Notes under the pieces: model-generated
What the model was told of the DNA's origin: nothing
The model's input: only the letters and a program-made list of their open reading frames with translations
The model's database searches: none
In this document: in pieces, positions 12,500 through 25,499 of the stretch
Position numbering within the stretch: the first letter of the stretch is position 1
Layout of the letters: each line of letters starts with the position of its first letter
Made by a program: the position numbers and the translations under genes
Assembly (NCBI GenBank): GCA_032718475.1
Contig: JAUCBJ010007051.1
Span: 1-50,300 of the forward strand
Direction of reading: 5' to 3'
DNA length: 50,300 bases
Origin: Nemertoderma westbladi
Lineage: Eukaryota; Animalia; Xenacoelomorpha

Positions 12500-13450
12500 G
12501 GTTTGTTCGCTCATTAATAGGTAGCCAGTTGACGGCAACGAAGTGACTGGAATCTATGTCTGTATGTGGGCAGCGTGGGGGCGCGTTTGTCGAAGGGAAA
12601 TCAGAAGCGGATACATCTCCTCTGTAGAGCATCCACTTGTCCTCTGTGACTGTGGCTAACGAATGGGCTTGGGTACCAGCACGGTGCCGCAAAGTCGATA
12701 AGAGGTTGGATAAGGGAGTTGCATATGACAGTATGATTCGGGTGTAGATGTGAGTCGAGGATCCGCCAATTTCGATATAGAAATTGTAGGCACATGTTGC
12801 CCTTTCAGATCGTTTTGCGGGCTGCAGGTGTACCGGTAAGGCGGTCAGGCGGTAACAAGTGTGTAGCCCGGGCAGCCGGGTAGTTTACACTGTCAGATGT
12901 CGCAATGTCTGAATGTTTTGGTTGTTGAAGGATACTTTAAATTCATTGCAGTTTATCGTTCTCAGTGATCAATCAATATCTCAAGAACTACTTTTGTATT
13001 TTCTCTACAACAATGGTTTTGACAGTTTGAAGGTGTCTACACCATCGGTCATTGCTGTTCTAATACTGTAATAAGCATAATATCAATGTGTACCGATGAG
13101 CATTAGTTCATATCAAACTTATCAGGGTGTACAGGTGTATAGTGAAACCTGTCTGAATCCCATTCTGAAACTCGAGATAGGCTGATAGGGTTTGTGTCAG
13201 TGACGATGCGACTTCCTCCAATGTTTGATCCAGATTGCACTAAGTTTGTGCCATCGGCATATTTGAAAGCTAATGGCTGAATGGTATCTGCAGATCTGCG
13301 TGGCTGTCAGGCTGTGTGGGAATCTTGTTCATCTGTCAGTCTGTCATTTCAGGTGTCAGGTCGTCCCTTTATGGACCTTAACCCTTTCCAGGACCTTTGA
13401 GATAGACGGGAAAGTACCTGCCTGTGTTAATGGATATGTTGACATGACAA
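12500..13450 (-). pseudogene. Old degenerate LINE (CR1/L2-group-like) RT remnant
   Basis: Fragments FKYADGTNL (degenerate YADDT) and LQFLYRN...CNSLIQPLIDFAAPCWYP...LQRRCIRF. Confidence 0.6.
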
Positions 13451-14064
13451 GATGAGTTATGAGTTACAGAGTTATGTAGGGCCTACAGATGTAATTGACT
13501 AAGATTATGGCTGTCAGGCTGTATGGATATGGAGCCATTTTTTAGTCGGTTGTAAAGAGAAACTGTTCTCTCTAATCTGCTAATACCTTTCTGCCTTTAT
13601 TGGAATTGGAGAAAACCTTTTTGAGTACTTGGCCAGTATACCGGTACGGTACCATGATGTGCAGATGTGCGAGGCAGCGAGGGCTGGTGGCTGGGGGGCG
13701 GTTAGGTTACCCTACTTACTAAGTAGGGTAACCTAAGTAAGTAGGGCAATCAGGCAATAGTTGTGAAATAAAATAAGCATTGAACAGTTGAAATTGGTTT
13801 GCTATTTCATCTGGCAGTCTGGCTGATCTACTGATCTAGGCTACCAGCAGACCACAGACCAGTGCTGTATAAAATATAATCTTGAACAAATGCGACCCCA
13901 TACCTGTCATACAGCCATATGCCATATAATTTATCTAACCATAACGAATGAACCAGTGAACTGATCAATCAAGCTGTCAAGCTCAGGCAGTCAGGTCAAT
14001 CTAATCAATCAATACAGCAATATACAGATATACAAATACAGCCTGACAGAAATACAGAAATTCT

Positions 14065-14201
14065 ACAAAAACCTAGCAATACAGCAATAACATTCAAAAA
14101 CCTGCAGAAACCTTCCAAAAACCTGCAAAAACCTAACAAAAACTATATTTTTGTTTTGAAAAACCTAATTGCCTAAGGCAGTAAGGTTTTTGCCAGCCCT
14201 G
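14065..14201 (-). mobile_element. Terminal fragment of a hAT-like MITE
   Basis: CAGGGCTGGCAAAAACC terminus on the minus strand with repeated AAAACCT subterminal motifs. Confidence 0.35.
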
Positions 14202-15251
14202 ACTGCAACACTGCAGCACTGCATTATAACCTGATAACAACACCCCCAGCAGCCAACGCCAACACTGCATTTTAGGTTTTACATTACCGCTACTGTATCT
14301 GTGTATTACAGCCATTACACCTGTACACTGCATTTTACATTATAATTTGATAAGACATGTGGCTGTCTGTAAGCTAAACAGGTTAGTAAAGGAGCAGGTT
14401 TCAGAGGCGAGTTAGGGGAACCAAAACAATAAACGAAAGTTAACACGTAATACAACAACAAACAAGATTATCTGATTATGCTGTTATGTATATATCAGTG
14501 TCAGTATATCAGTACAGCAGTAGGCCTGCTGGCTGGCTGGGGCAGTGGGGTGTCGTTATAATGCAGTAGTCCCGCGTAGGCCTACTGCTGTACTGAGTAA
14601 GAAAGACAGCCAGACTGTGGACTGCCAGAAGACAAGCCTATAGCATAGCACTGGCTGAATATACTGCTGTAGCAGTACGGCTGTACGGTACCTACCTACC
14701 GATACCATTCAGCATTCACCAGAATCCAGAAATTACTGGCTGACCCGTACAGGTACAGTTTCGGTCAAGTTTCAACTTTCAAGTACCGGTACCTACAAAT
14801 GCAATACAGCAGCAGCAATTCAGCAACACTAAATTGAACTAAGTTGTAGGCCTACTGATAATTTTGTTGAGGCTATGGAGGATTGTATTGGTATATTATT
14901 GGTTTATTATTTTGGTTAGGGTTAGTTGGGTTGGCCTTAATCCTAATTAAAACCGTCATGTAACCATAACCATAAGTCTTGATCTAACTGTCTACGAAAT
15001 TTAGCGGAATTTCCGACATTATTGCCATAAGGCCTGAAGGGCTGATGATAGCAATAAATGTCCGAAATTCCGCCAGTCCCGTAGGCGCACGCCCTCCAGT
15101 CAGGCTTTATTATAATGTATGAAACTTCCTGGTTACAGTTCCTGGTTACTGGCGGAGTCACCTCAACCCTATTAAAACCTGCCATGAAACCTTAACCCTA
15201 AAGTCATAATCTAAGACACTTAGCGGAATTTCGTACCACTAAACTGCTGTG

Positions 15252-15510
15252 TACTACTAGTATCGGAATGCTGCATTATACTGTATGTATTACTTATATT
15301 GTAATACGGAGCCAGCTTAAATTGTCGACAAAATTGCGCCGCCCATAACTCCCCATTACCCATAACAGTTGCTAGATCGTCCGCATCTTAAAAGCCAGTG
15401 TCCTTTAAGAGGCGTCTCAAAAAAATCATTGCCTCGGCTATCCACCATGCTTTGACTCCATGAAGCCATTATGCGAAGACTGGTCCTCACGGCGAAAGCA
15501 ATGTCCTGCT
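15252..15510 (-). mobile_element. Inverted 3' fragment of the RTE family
   Basis: Reverse complement matches GCAGGACATTGCTTTCGCCGTGAGGACCAG through to the 3' tail CTAGTAGTA. Confidence 0.8.
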
Positions 15511-15726
15511 AGCATATGTGGGGAACCATCGTACAATATCTGATAACTGCACTAACATGCAGAAACATACAGTATGTGGTCGGGAGACGAATCGAAGGGC
15601 TTAAAGAAATGAACAAAGGCAACAATCAGACGCCTGTCTTTCTTTGTTGATTCCTGAGTGTTTGTGGCTCATTCACATCACGCCAGAAATGCGGCTATGT
15701 GTGGGATATTAGGACAAAGAATGTCC

Positions 15727-15960
15727 CTCAAGAAATGAAATCAAATAGTTGGCCCATGTTCCAAAGAAGGGCAACCTAACAATATGGATCTTCTCATTGA
15801 TCTCGATTGCTGCAAAGCGACACAATAGAATTATATTAAATCGCATCAGGGATCCTGTTGAGAGGCTGTTACGTGGGCACCAAAATGGGTTCCGTAAAGG
15901 TCGTGGAATCATGGAACCTATTCTGGCTCTTAGAAGGATAATCGATGAGTTATCAAAGTT
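15727..15960 (+). pseudogene. RTE RT N-terminal fragment (duplicate at about 20240-20473)
   Basis: VPKKGNL...SLISIAAK...NRIRDPVERLLRGHQNGFRKGRG. Confidence 0.8.
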
Positions 15961-15964
15961 ATCA

Positions 15965-16467
15965 GGAAATAACCTGTCATTGTTTAGAAGATTCTCAAAG
16001 TGGGCCTTCCAACCTTTGAGGCGTTCAGCTGGAGGTTCAGCCTTAATATTGGTGGTTGGTTGGTTTTCATGTGAACCAAATGTTGCACCAAATGTTCAAA
16101 CTTTCATTGATAATCCATTCACGTAAGGGGAAACCGCCAGCAGACATAATGCCAGCAGGCGATTCGTTATAGTATTCAATTAGTTTGTCTTCACTATTAG
16201 CACCACCTTGAACGTTATCAACATAAATACTGTATCCTTAGATATTGCTTCAGTGATGGGAGAATCAATGGATTTTAGGTAGTGTTTAACGGTTGCGTTT
16301 AACAAGAATTGTCTGCATGTTCCCCCGAAGAGAACAACCTTAAACCGATAGGCGACTAACATCCCGAGAGAATCATTAATATCTAGAAGCCGAAGGAAAC
16401 GCGTGACGTCACGATCAATGACGTGTAATTCTACTTGGAGGAAGGCTTTCTCAATATCCGATATTGT
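15965..16467 (-). pseudogene. BEL/Pao reverse transcriptase fragment
   Basis: SDIEKAFLQVEL...DRDVTRFL...YRFKVVLFG and AGGFPLREW motifs. Confidence 0.85.
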
Positions 16468-16489
16468 ACTACTACAACTACTACTATAG

Positions 16490-17813
16490 CTATACAATAG
16501 GATTCTATTAAATCGCATCAGGGATCCCATTGAGAGACTGCTCCGTGTAAATCAGAATGGGTTCCGTAAAGGTCGTGGGACCATGGAGCCCATTTTGGCA
16601 CTTAGAAGGATAATTGAAGAATTATCAAAAAAGAAAGACAGGCATCTGGCTGTTATCTTTGTTGACTTCTTCAAGGCCTTTGATTCAGTCTCTCGTTCAC
16701 GTATGTTCAGCATACTTTCATTATATGGGATTCCTGATGAAATTATTGCAGCGATCAGATCAGTATACCATGGTTCGATAACATTTGTGTCTACTGTTGA
16801 CGGTGACACAGAACCATTTGAAGTGTTATGGGGTGTCCTCCAAGGAGACGCACTTGCACCATTCTTGTTCATTATTGTGGTTGACTATGTTTTACGCATG
16901 TCCTTAGATCATCATAATGATGATGGGGTGATGATAACTCCACCTACTGGCTCCAGAAGTCGAGGAAATCCTGCCAAGTACCTAACTGATCTAGACTTCG
17001 CTTATGACTTAGGAGTATTCTCAGAATCATTAGAGGGAGCCCAACGGCTCCTCAGCTCATTAGAACATGCTGCTTCTAGTGTTAGTCTTTTTATTAACTC
17101 CAGAAAGACCAAAATTTTGACAGTTAACTTGGAAAGTCCTCAGCAAGTCTCTGATCGGATGAGCATAAGCTCAAAGGATGGTATGCTTGAGCATGTGGAC
17201 GACTTCTGTTACCTGGGATCATGGATCCGGAAGTCAGGTGAGGACCTTCGAATACGTAAGGGAATGGCATGGACAGCCTTGAATAGGCTTTCCAGGATTT
17301 GGAAGTCACCGAGAATTAATAGGAAACTTCAGGTCCGATTATTTAGAGCAGCAGTAGTTCCAGTACTCCTCTACGGGAGTCTATGCTGGGCTCTAACTGC
17401 TGAGGACACCAAATCTCTGGATGGCACATTCACAAGAATGCTACGCCGGGTTCATTGTGTCAAATACAATGCACACATCTCCAACCAGACACTATATAAC
17501 ATTGGAGGTGTCTCATTGGTTCCCCCAAGCTTGACACTAGAACAAAATCGCCTCCGCTTTGCAGGACATTGCTTTCGCCGTGAGGACCAGCCAGTGCATA
17601 ATCTTGTACTTTGGCAGCCTCATGGAGTGAATAAGCATGGTGGACAGCCCATGACTTTCTTGAGACGCATCTTAAAGGACACTGGCCTTGAAGATGCGGA
17701 TGATCTAGCAAATGTCATGGGTGATAGGGAGTTGTGGCGGTGCAATTTTGTTGACAAGCCGGCACAGCATTCATAAAAATGCAGCTGCAATGCAGCATGC
17801 CGATCCTAGTAGT
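16490..17813 (+). mobile_element. 5'-truncated RTE-clade LINE, copy 1 (RT catalytic motif mutated to FAYD)
   Basis: ORF 16583-17776: VDFFKAFDS, GVLQGD, DLDFAYD, YLGSWI, RLRFAGHCFR; TAGTAG tail. Confidence 0.92.
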
Positions 17814-18109
17814 TCTGCTCAGGTGCGTATTTTGTGCTCGCTTTCTCGTTTCGGCACCTGGTCCAAAGTTGCGAATTTTCCATACGTTACCGAGGCGAAT
17901 TTTGAAACAGGCCCACTCACACAAAATATCAATAAAATTATTTCTGACTCAAATCTGGAGACAAATCACCATCCCTAAATCACGATCCCCGCTAAAAATA
18001 AAGTTGTAAGCTGGTCTGATGTTGGTTGATTTATGTAGGTATCCCCGATTTATATACTAACTCACACGTCACTCATGTTGACCAACCCAAAATCGAGCGA
18101 AACTGTATG

Positions 18110-18181
18110 AGCAGAGTGGCGCAGTGGAAGCGTGCTGGGCCCATAACCCAGAGGTCCGTGGATCGAAACCACGCTCTGCTA
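18110..18181 (+). tRNA. Initiator tRNA-Met (CAT)
   Basis: AGCAGAGTGGCGCAGTGGAAGCGTGCTGGGCCCATAACCCAGAGGTCCGTGGATCGAAACCACGCTCTGCTA; A1-U72 pair, GGG/CCC anticodon stem, ATCG T-loop; TTTT terminator nearby. Confidence 0.97.
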
Positions 18182-19035
18182 ACTAAATTTTGTACCAGCT
18201 CAAAAATAAGCTGCTGATTAGGAGCCGCTCAAAAAGCAGGGATAGTTACAGTCAGAAAAAATTGACAGTGAGATATTGATATATATACATACATAGCTAT
18301 CCATCCATACATCCATAGGCTATCCATATACCGGAATTGCAGTTTCGTACACTTCCTGCCTAGCTTTTTTGATTAAATTTTGCAAGTACATTGTTTTGGT
18401 GGTTCATAATCGCGTTTCAAAATTTCAGACCGATTCTATGTGTGGTATTCGATATATTTCGTATTTTGTCGCGAAATTAAATGTATATAGACAATCATTG
18501 ACTGCTGTTGCAAAGGAATACATAGAGAGTTGGCTTAGAGGCATTATTAGGCGGTCCTGACCCATTTAAATGCAGCCCTATTAATTAATTAACGGCCCTG
18601 TGCTTAGAATAGCTCAATCAGCTGGCCTACCATTTAACATCAGTGAGTAACATTATAGATATTCCTATAGAATTCACTGGGAAGAGATATTCAGCTGACC
18701 GGGTAATAATTATAAACAGTTGATGTTTGATTACTGTCTGTGATAGTGTGAGTGAGTAAACACAACCTGTTTTCCCACGTCCTGGGGTTGAGCTGCGTCG
18801 AATGATATAACTTTCATTGACGGACGAGCTATTGCTTCGGAGGAGCTCACCTGATATACATATAAATAACATGCAGAAACATACAATACGTGGTCGGGAG
18901 ACGAATCGAAGGGCTTAAATAAATGAACAAAGGCCACAATCAGACGCCTGTCTTTCTTTATTGATTCCTGAGTGTTTGTAGCTCATTCACATCACTCCAG
19001 AAATGCGGCTATGTGTGGGAGGACAAAGAATGTCC

Positions 19036-20213
19036 AGGCCAGGCATCTGGCTGTTATCTTTGTTGACTTCTTCAAGGCCTTTGATTCAGTGTATCGCTCA
19101 CGTATGTTCAGCATACTTTCATTATATGGGATTCCTGATGAAATTATTGCAGCAATCAGATCAGTATACGATGGTTCGACAACATTTGTGTCTACTGTTG
19201 ACGGTGACACAGAACCATTTGAAGTGTTATGGGGCGTACTCCAAGGAGACACACTTGCACCATTCTTGTTCATTATTGTGGTTGACTATGTTCTACGCAT
19301 GTCCTTAGATCATCATAATGATGATGGGGTGATGATAACTCCACCTACTGGCTCCAGAAGTCGAGGAAATCCTGCCAAGTACCTAACTGATCTAGACTTT
19401 GCTGATGACTTAGGAGTACTCTCAGAATCATTAGAGGGAGCCCAGCGGCTCCTCAGCTCATTAGAACATGCTGCTTCTAGTGTTGGTCTTTTTATTAACT
19501 CCAGAAAGACCAAAATTCTGACAGTTAACTTTGAAAGTCCTCAGCAAGTCTCTGATCGGATGAGCATAAGCTCAAAGGATGGTATACTTGAGCATGTGGA
19601 CGATTTCTGTTACCTGGGATCATGGATCCGGAAGTCAGGTGAGGACCTTCGAATACGTAAGGGAAAGGCATGGGCAGCCTTGAATAGGCTTTCCAGGATT
19701 TGGAAGTCACCTAGAATTAATCGGAAACTTAAGGTCCGATTATTTAGAGCAGCAGTAGTTCCAGTACTCCTCTACGGGAGTCCATGCTGGGCTCTAACTG
19801 CTGAGGACACCAAATCTCTGGATGGCACATTCACAAGAATGCTACGCCGGGTACATTGTGTCAAGTACAATGCACACATCTCCAACCAGACACTATATAA
19901 CATTGGAGGTGTCTCATTGGTTCCCCCAAGCTTGACACTAGAACAAAATCGCCTCCGCTTTGCAGGACATTGCTTTCGCCGTGAGGACCAGCCAGTGCAT
20001 AATCTTGTACTTTGGCAGCCTCATGGAGTGAATAAGCATGGTGGACAGCCCATGACTTTCTTGAGACGCATCTTAAAGGACACTGGCCTTAAAGATGCGG
20101 ATGATCTAGCAAATGTCATGGGTGATAGGGAGTTGTGGCGGTGCAATTTTGTTGACAAGCCGGCACAGCATTCTTAAAAATGCAGCTGCAATGCAGCATG
20201 CCGATCCTAGTAG
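19036..20213 (+). mobile_element. 5'-truncated RTE-clade LINE, copy 2 (FADD intact), 26-bp TSD
   Basis: RT motifs in ORF 18972-20177; flanked by TATGTGTGGGAGGACAAAGAATGTCC at 19010-19035 and 20214-20239. Confidence 0.93.
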
Positions 20214-20479
20214 TATGTGTGGGAGGACAAAGAATGTCCCTCAAGAAATGAAATCAAATAGTTGGCCCATGTTCCAAAGAAGGGCAACCTAACAATATGG
20301 ATCTTCTCATTGATCTCGATTGCTGCAAAGCGACACAATAGAATTATATTAAATCGCATCAGGGATCCTGTTAAAAGACTGATAGATGGGAACCAAAATG
20401 GGTTCCGTAAAGGTCGTGAAATCATGGAACCTATTCTGGCTCTTAGAAGGATAATCGATGAGTTATCAAAGTTATCAGG

Positions 20480-21137
20480 AAATAACCTGTCATTGTTTAG
20501 AAGATTCTCAAAGTGGGCCTTCCAACCTTTGAGGCGTTCAGCTGGAGATTCAGCCTTAATATTGGTGGTTGGTTGGTTTTCATGTGAACCAAATGTTGCA
20601 CCAAATGTTCAAACTTTCATTGATAATCCATTCACGTAAGGGGAAACCGCCAGCAGACATAATGCCAGCAGGCGATTCGTTATAATATTCAATTAGTTTG
20701 TCTTCACTATTAGCACCACCTTGAACGTTATCAACATAAATACTGTATCCTTAGATATTGCTTCAGTGATGTGAGAATCAATGGATTTTAGGTGGTGTTT
20801 AATGGTTGCGTTTAACAGGAATTGTCTGCATGTTCCCCCGAAGAGAACAACCTTAAACCGATAGGCGACTAACCTCCCGAGAGAATCATTAATATCTAGA
20901 AGCGGAAGGAAACGCGTGACGTCACGATCAATGACGTGTAATTCTACTTGGAGGAAGGCTTTCTCAATATCCGATATTGTAACATATCGGTAAAAACGTA
21001 AACGGATTAAGATTTCACTGAGATCATTACTCAACGACGGCCCGGAAAATAAGCAGTCATTCAGACTGGGTTTACCTGGGCCGGAACGCGCCGAACAATT
21101 AAAAACAACGCGCAGTTGGCGGTACTCTTTCAGCTTT
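20480..21137 (-). pseudogene. BEL/Pao reverse transcriptase fragment (longer duplicate)
   Basis: LRVVFNCSA, SLNDCLFSGPSL, SDIEKAFLQV, DRDVTRFL. Confidence 0.88.
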
Positions 21138-21433
21138 CTGCGCAGGTGCGTAATTTGTGCTCGCTTTCTCGTTTCGGCACCTAGTCCAAAGTTGCGAATT
21201 TTCCATACGTTACCGAGGCGAATTTTGAAATAGGCCCACTCACACAAAATATCAATAACATTATTTCTGACTCAAATCTGGAGACAAATCACCATCCCTA
21301 AATCACGATCCCTGCTAAAAAGTAAAGTTGTAAGCTGGTCTGATGTTGGTTGATTTATGTAGGTATCCCCGATTTATATACTAACTCACACGTCACTCAT
21401 GTTGACCAACCCAAAATCGAGAGAAACTGTATG

Positions 21434-21505
21434 AGCAGAGTGGCGCAGTGGAAGCGTGCTGGGCCCATAACCCAGAGGTCCGTGGATCGAAACCACGCTC
21501 TGCTA
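21434..21505 (+). tRNA. Initiator tRNA-Met (CAT), second copy
   Basis: Identical 72-nt sequence to 18110-18181. Confidence 0.97.
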
Positions 21506-22033
21506 ACTAAATTTTGTACCAGCTCAAAAATAAGCTGCTGATTAGGAGCCGCTCAAAAAGCAGGGATAGTTACAGTTAGAAAAAATTGACAGTGAGGGAT
21601 ATTGATATATATACATAGCTATCCATCCATACATCCATAGGCTATCCATATACCGGAATTGCAGTTTCGTACACTTCCTGTCTAGCTTTTTTGATTAAAT
21701 TTTGCAAGTACATTGTTTTGGTGGTTCATAATCGCGTTTCAAAATTTCAGACCGATTCTATGTGTGGTATTCGATATATTTCGTATTTTGTCGCGAAATT
21801 AAATGTATATAGACAATCATTGACTGCTGTTGCAAAGGAATACATAGAGAGTTGGCTTAGAGGAATTATTAGGCGGTCCTGACCCATTTAAATGCAGCCC
21901 TATTAATTAATTAACGGCCCTGTGCTTAGAATAGCTCAATCAGCTGGCCTACCATTTAACATCAGTGAGTAACATTATAGATATTCCTATAGAATTCACT
22001 GGGAAGAGATATTCAGCTGACCGGGTAATACAT

Positions 22034-22745
22034 TGTAAAAGCTTTTGCGTAATTAGCCGGTTATTTTCCCTTAAAGTACTCTGTAGTTGGTTTGCCAGGC
22101 ATAAAAAGGCCGTGTCCTTGCTGTACTGGTGTTTTAGAGGACATAAAAGTCATTTCTTATGTATTTGTACTGTATTTGTACTTTAGAGGACATAATCCAC
22201 AATCTCGTGACGCAATAGCTGGATACTTTTGAAAACAGTGTCGCTACCATGACGACGGCTAGCAGCTGATATTGCCACGTCGACGTTTCTTTGTTTCTTT
22301 GTTCTCTCTTTGTTCAGGTTGACCAATCAGAGCGTTTGTTGTCTCTGTGTTGGAGGTGTATACAGAAACTCAGTAGTTCAGTGTTATGTTTTTGCCCAGA
22401 GCCTAAGAACCGGCTTTTGGCACCTCCGTGTTTTCAGTTTTTAGTCTTACACTAGTAGGCTTAATTATAAGGACATATATCCGTTATCTGATGTCTGATC
22501 TCAACATACCTCAACTCAAATCATAACATACCATACCTAATCAAACAACCTGTGCATACTTTTATATTGTTATACTGCTATTTACTGTCAGTTCTTCATA
22601 ATATGGTTGATGAATTATTATATTTGGAATAACGATAAATAACCCCGAAACCCAATATTCTTGATATACCGAAGGTAAGAGAGAAAGGTTACATAAACGA
22701 TTGTGACTTATGTTAAATTGGTTTGCAGTGAATCTAATGTTATTT
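22034..22745 (+). repeat. 5' LTR of the BEL element (shared portion; true end uncertain)
   Basis: 712 bp matching 44334-45045, one mismatch seen. Confidence 0.9.
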
Positions 22746-23607
22746 GATAGACCCTACATGAGTCAGTCCGTGTTCCTTTTATATATAACTAAAATCAGTG
22801 AAGATCGGCAGATCAGTGTGCAGTATTGTGCAGCATTGTGTATGAGTGAGCCTGATAACGAAGCATTTCCTAAAGAATGCGCCATATATGTGAATTATAA
22901 CTAAGCCATATCGTTGTGAGTAGTTTAAGTCATAACTCTGTTTTTATAGATAGAGCGCCACGTCCTAAAGGAACTGTTAATATTCCCCGAAGGTAAATAA
23001 TATTGTCAGAGATTATATAATACTGTCAGTCGAATAATACATTAGGCTTACATAGCAATAAAATTAAGCCGTCGAACCCAATCTCCCGGGTATATCCAGC
23101 GGGTGAATGATCGCGCACAGATTGGTTTCGACTAGTGTAGTGAATTAAATACTTGTCATAGACTAAAGGTGATTTATTATCTAGAAGACATCCTAATTTG
23201 GCGGGTTAAACTGCCAAAGGTCTGAAAGCGCGAACAATAACGGATATAGCTTCTTTATTGCAGTAAGCAATAAAGTTGAAAGTACCGGTCAACCGGTAAA
23301 CCTAAAAGGTACATCTGTAGGTCAGTAGGCCCAACTGCCAGAACCGGTACTGCCGTAGGCCCGTAGGTCCAACTGCCAGAACCGGTACTTCTGTAGGTCC
23401 GTAGGCCTAACTGTCCTAACCGGTACTTCCCGTATAAGTACAGCAGTATTATTCGATTTGATTATATATGCCGGTAGGTCTTAATAATTAATCGGGGACG
23501 CCTGGTTTTTATTGGGATTTTACTTAGGCCTATTTCTGTCAGTTTTATTTGTTTGTAGGCCAGTATTGAACAGAAGGCGTGTAAGCCTGATCAGATTGTG
23601 CAGACAA

Positions 23608-24175
23608 TTTGTAGGTTGAACTGTTGTCTGATTGCTGTTAGGTCTGAACGGATTGCAGTGTGTGTAGATCACCTGTCCGATAAAGAACGGTTAGGAAGTA
23701 GGGGCAGCGAATGCTGTAAGGTAAACCCCCAACTAAAGAATAAGTCGTACTACTGGGTTAGAACGCATACTACCTAATTATTTCGGAGTCTGCATGTCCT
23801 GTAGTTTATTTAGGCTTGAGAGTAGTCTGCCATCGTTGAGTCTGTACTTTGTTTGTGTAAGTCTGTACGGGTAGCGTATAATATTTATTTAGATAATTTG
23901 TAGGCTGGATAGTTGTCTGGCTGTTATTAGGTCTGAACGGATTGCAGCGTGTGTAGATCACTTGTCCGATAAAGAACGGTTAGGAAGTAGGGGCAGCGAA
24001 TGCTGTAAGGTAAACCCCCAACTAAAGAATAAGTCGTACTACTGGGTTAGAACGCATACTACCTAATTATTTCGGAGTCTGCATATACCGTAGTTTGTTT
24101 AGGCTTGATAGTAGTCTGTCAGTGTTCGGTCTGCATTTTGTTTGAGTAGTTTGTACGCGTAGCGTAATATTTATT
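23608..24175. repeat. ~290-bp direct tandem duplication in the BEL leader
   Basis: GGTCTGAACGGATTGCAG...TTCGGAGTCTGCAT present at about 23641 and 23930. Confidence 0.9.
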
Positions 24176-25499
24176 ATTCAGAGTTTATGCGATTATCCGC
24201 AACATTCATTCCCCAAGTTTGTTCCTACAGTAATTGTGTTTGTTATACATACCGCTATAGTTAAATTAACCCCGGTACTACACGGGCTGCTTGGCGTAGG
24301 TAAAGACTGGTGATTTTGTGCATCGGTCACTCCAGCAGATACCGTGGTTCTTTTAGCTGTTCAAGTATTTTTAACTACTGATTATCTGGTTGTACAAGTA
24401 CTTGTACCTAATTTAGGGTTTAGTGTACAGTGCTTTCCGAAAGTAATTAGTGTAGGCATTACATTCGTGTTGTAAAGTGGTTGATAGGCACTTTCGATTA
24501 GCTCTATTAACTTCTAGGTGGGAACACTCCGTGATACATAACGTAGAACCTATAGCGATACGGCTATAGGTCGTCAGGCGGTGGTATTTTCCTATCTGGA
24601 CAACGCAGTGTACTTACTACTACGTATTATTTTCAAATACCGTAGAACCCTGTCCGTTGTAATAACCAGATTTCTAACCCTTTGTTAGGCTGGTTTGTAG
24701 ACTTCTTGTAAAATTACCCTAAAAATTCGTATTTTGTGTTTTTTGTAAATTTTTGTGTTTATTTAGAGATTGTAATCTCACCCGAATTGTACGTAATTTG
24801 TAGTATTAAGTAACTTAGGTAAATTAGAATTATTTGTTTTAGTGTCCTATAAGTAACACTTCACTGAAAGCGCACCGCTTTGTGTAGTGATTACTCCCCA
24901 GAAATAATAACATTTATTTCAAACATTGACAAAACCCATTAAAACGGGTATATATATATTATAAATCAAATCTAACGATTTATAAATAGTAGGCCTACCA
25001 TACAACCATTAGGTCTCAATATCAGTTGGACTACTGCTCAAATAACGGTAATAAAGTAAGTAAAGTAACAAAGTAACCCTAAAATTCAGAAATTCAATTA
25101 TTTAAAATAATTGATATACCGGTATTTACAATAGGCCTATTATCTTTATTTCTATAAATCTAGGCTGAAATTATACCGGTACTTGTAATTAATTCTATTC
25201 CAGAATTATATATACTACAAACTGTAAGCTGTATACCGGTATTCCCGATAGGCCTATTATATATTTATATATATTTGTGCTAAAAATTATACCGGTATTC
25301 TGTGATAAACCTAGTCTGTAATAATACTTATATAGTTATATATACTATAAGTATACCGGTATTCTAATATATTATATATATATCACGCTACACTGAGTAG
25401 CAGTATCGGTAATTAATTACTAGGCTAGCAGTTAATACTGAATTACTAGACTTGCTCAGACTGTAATACAGCAGTAGACATTCAACGGTATACGTAGAC

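Larger units (their letters stand above)
15554..22030. repeat. Tandem segmental duplication, units about 15554-18709 and 18866-22030
   Basis: Shared near-identical blocks (RTE N-terminal fragment, BEL RT fragment, tRNA block); duplicated ORFs in the track. Confidence 0.9.

Noticed and set aside
18026-18217. 63-aa ORF (duplicated at 21350)
   Set aside because: Overlaps the tRNA-iMet gene; its conservation is explained by the duplication
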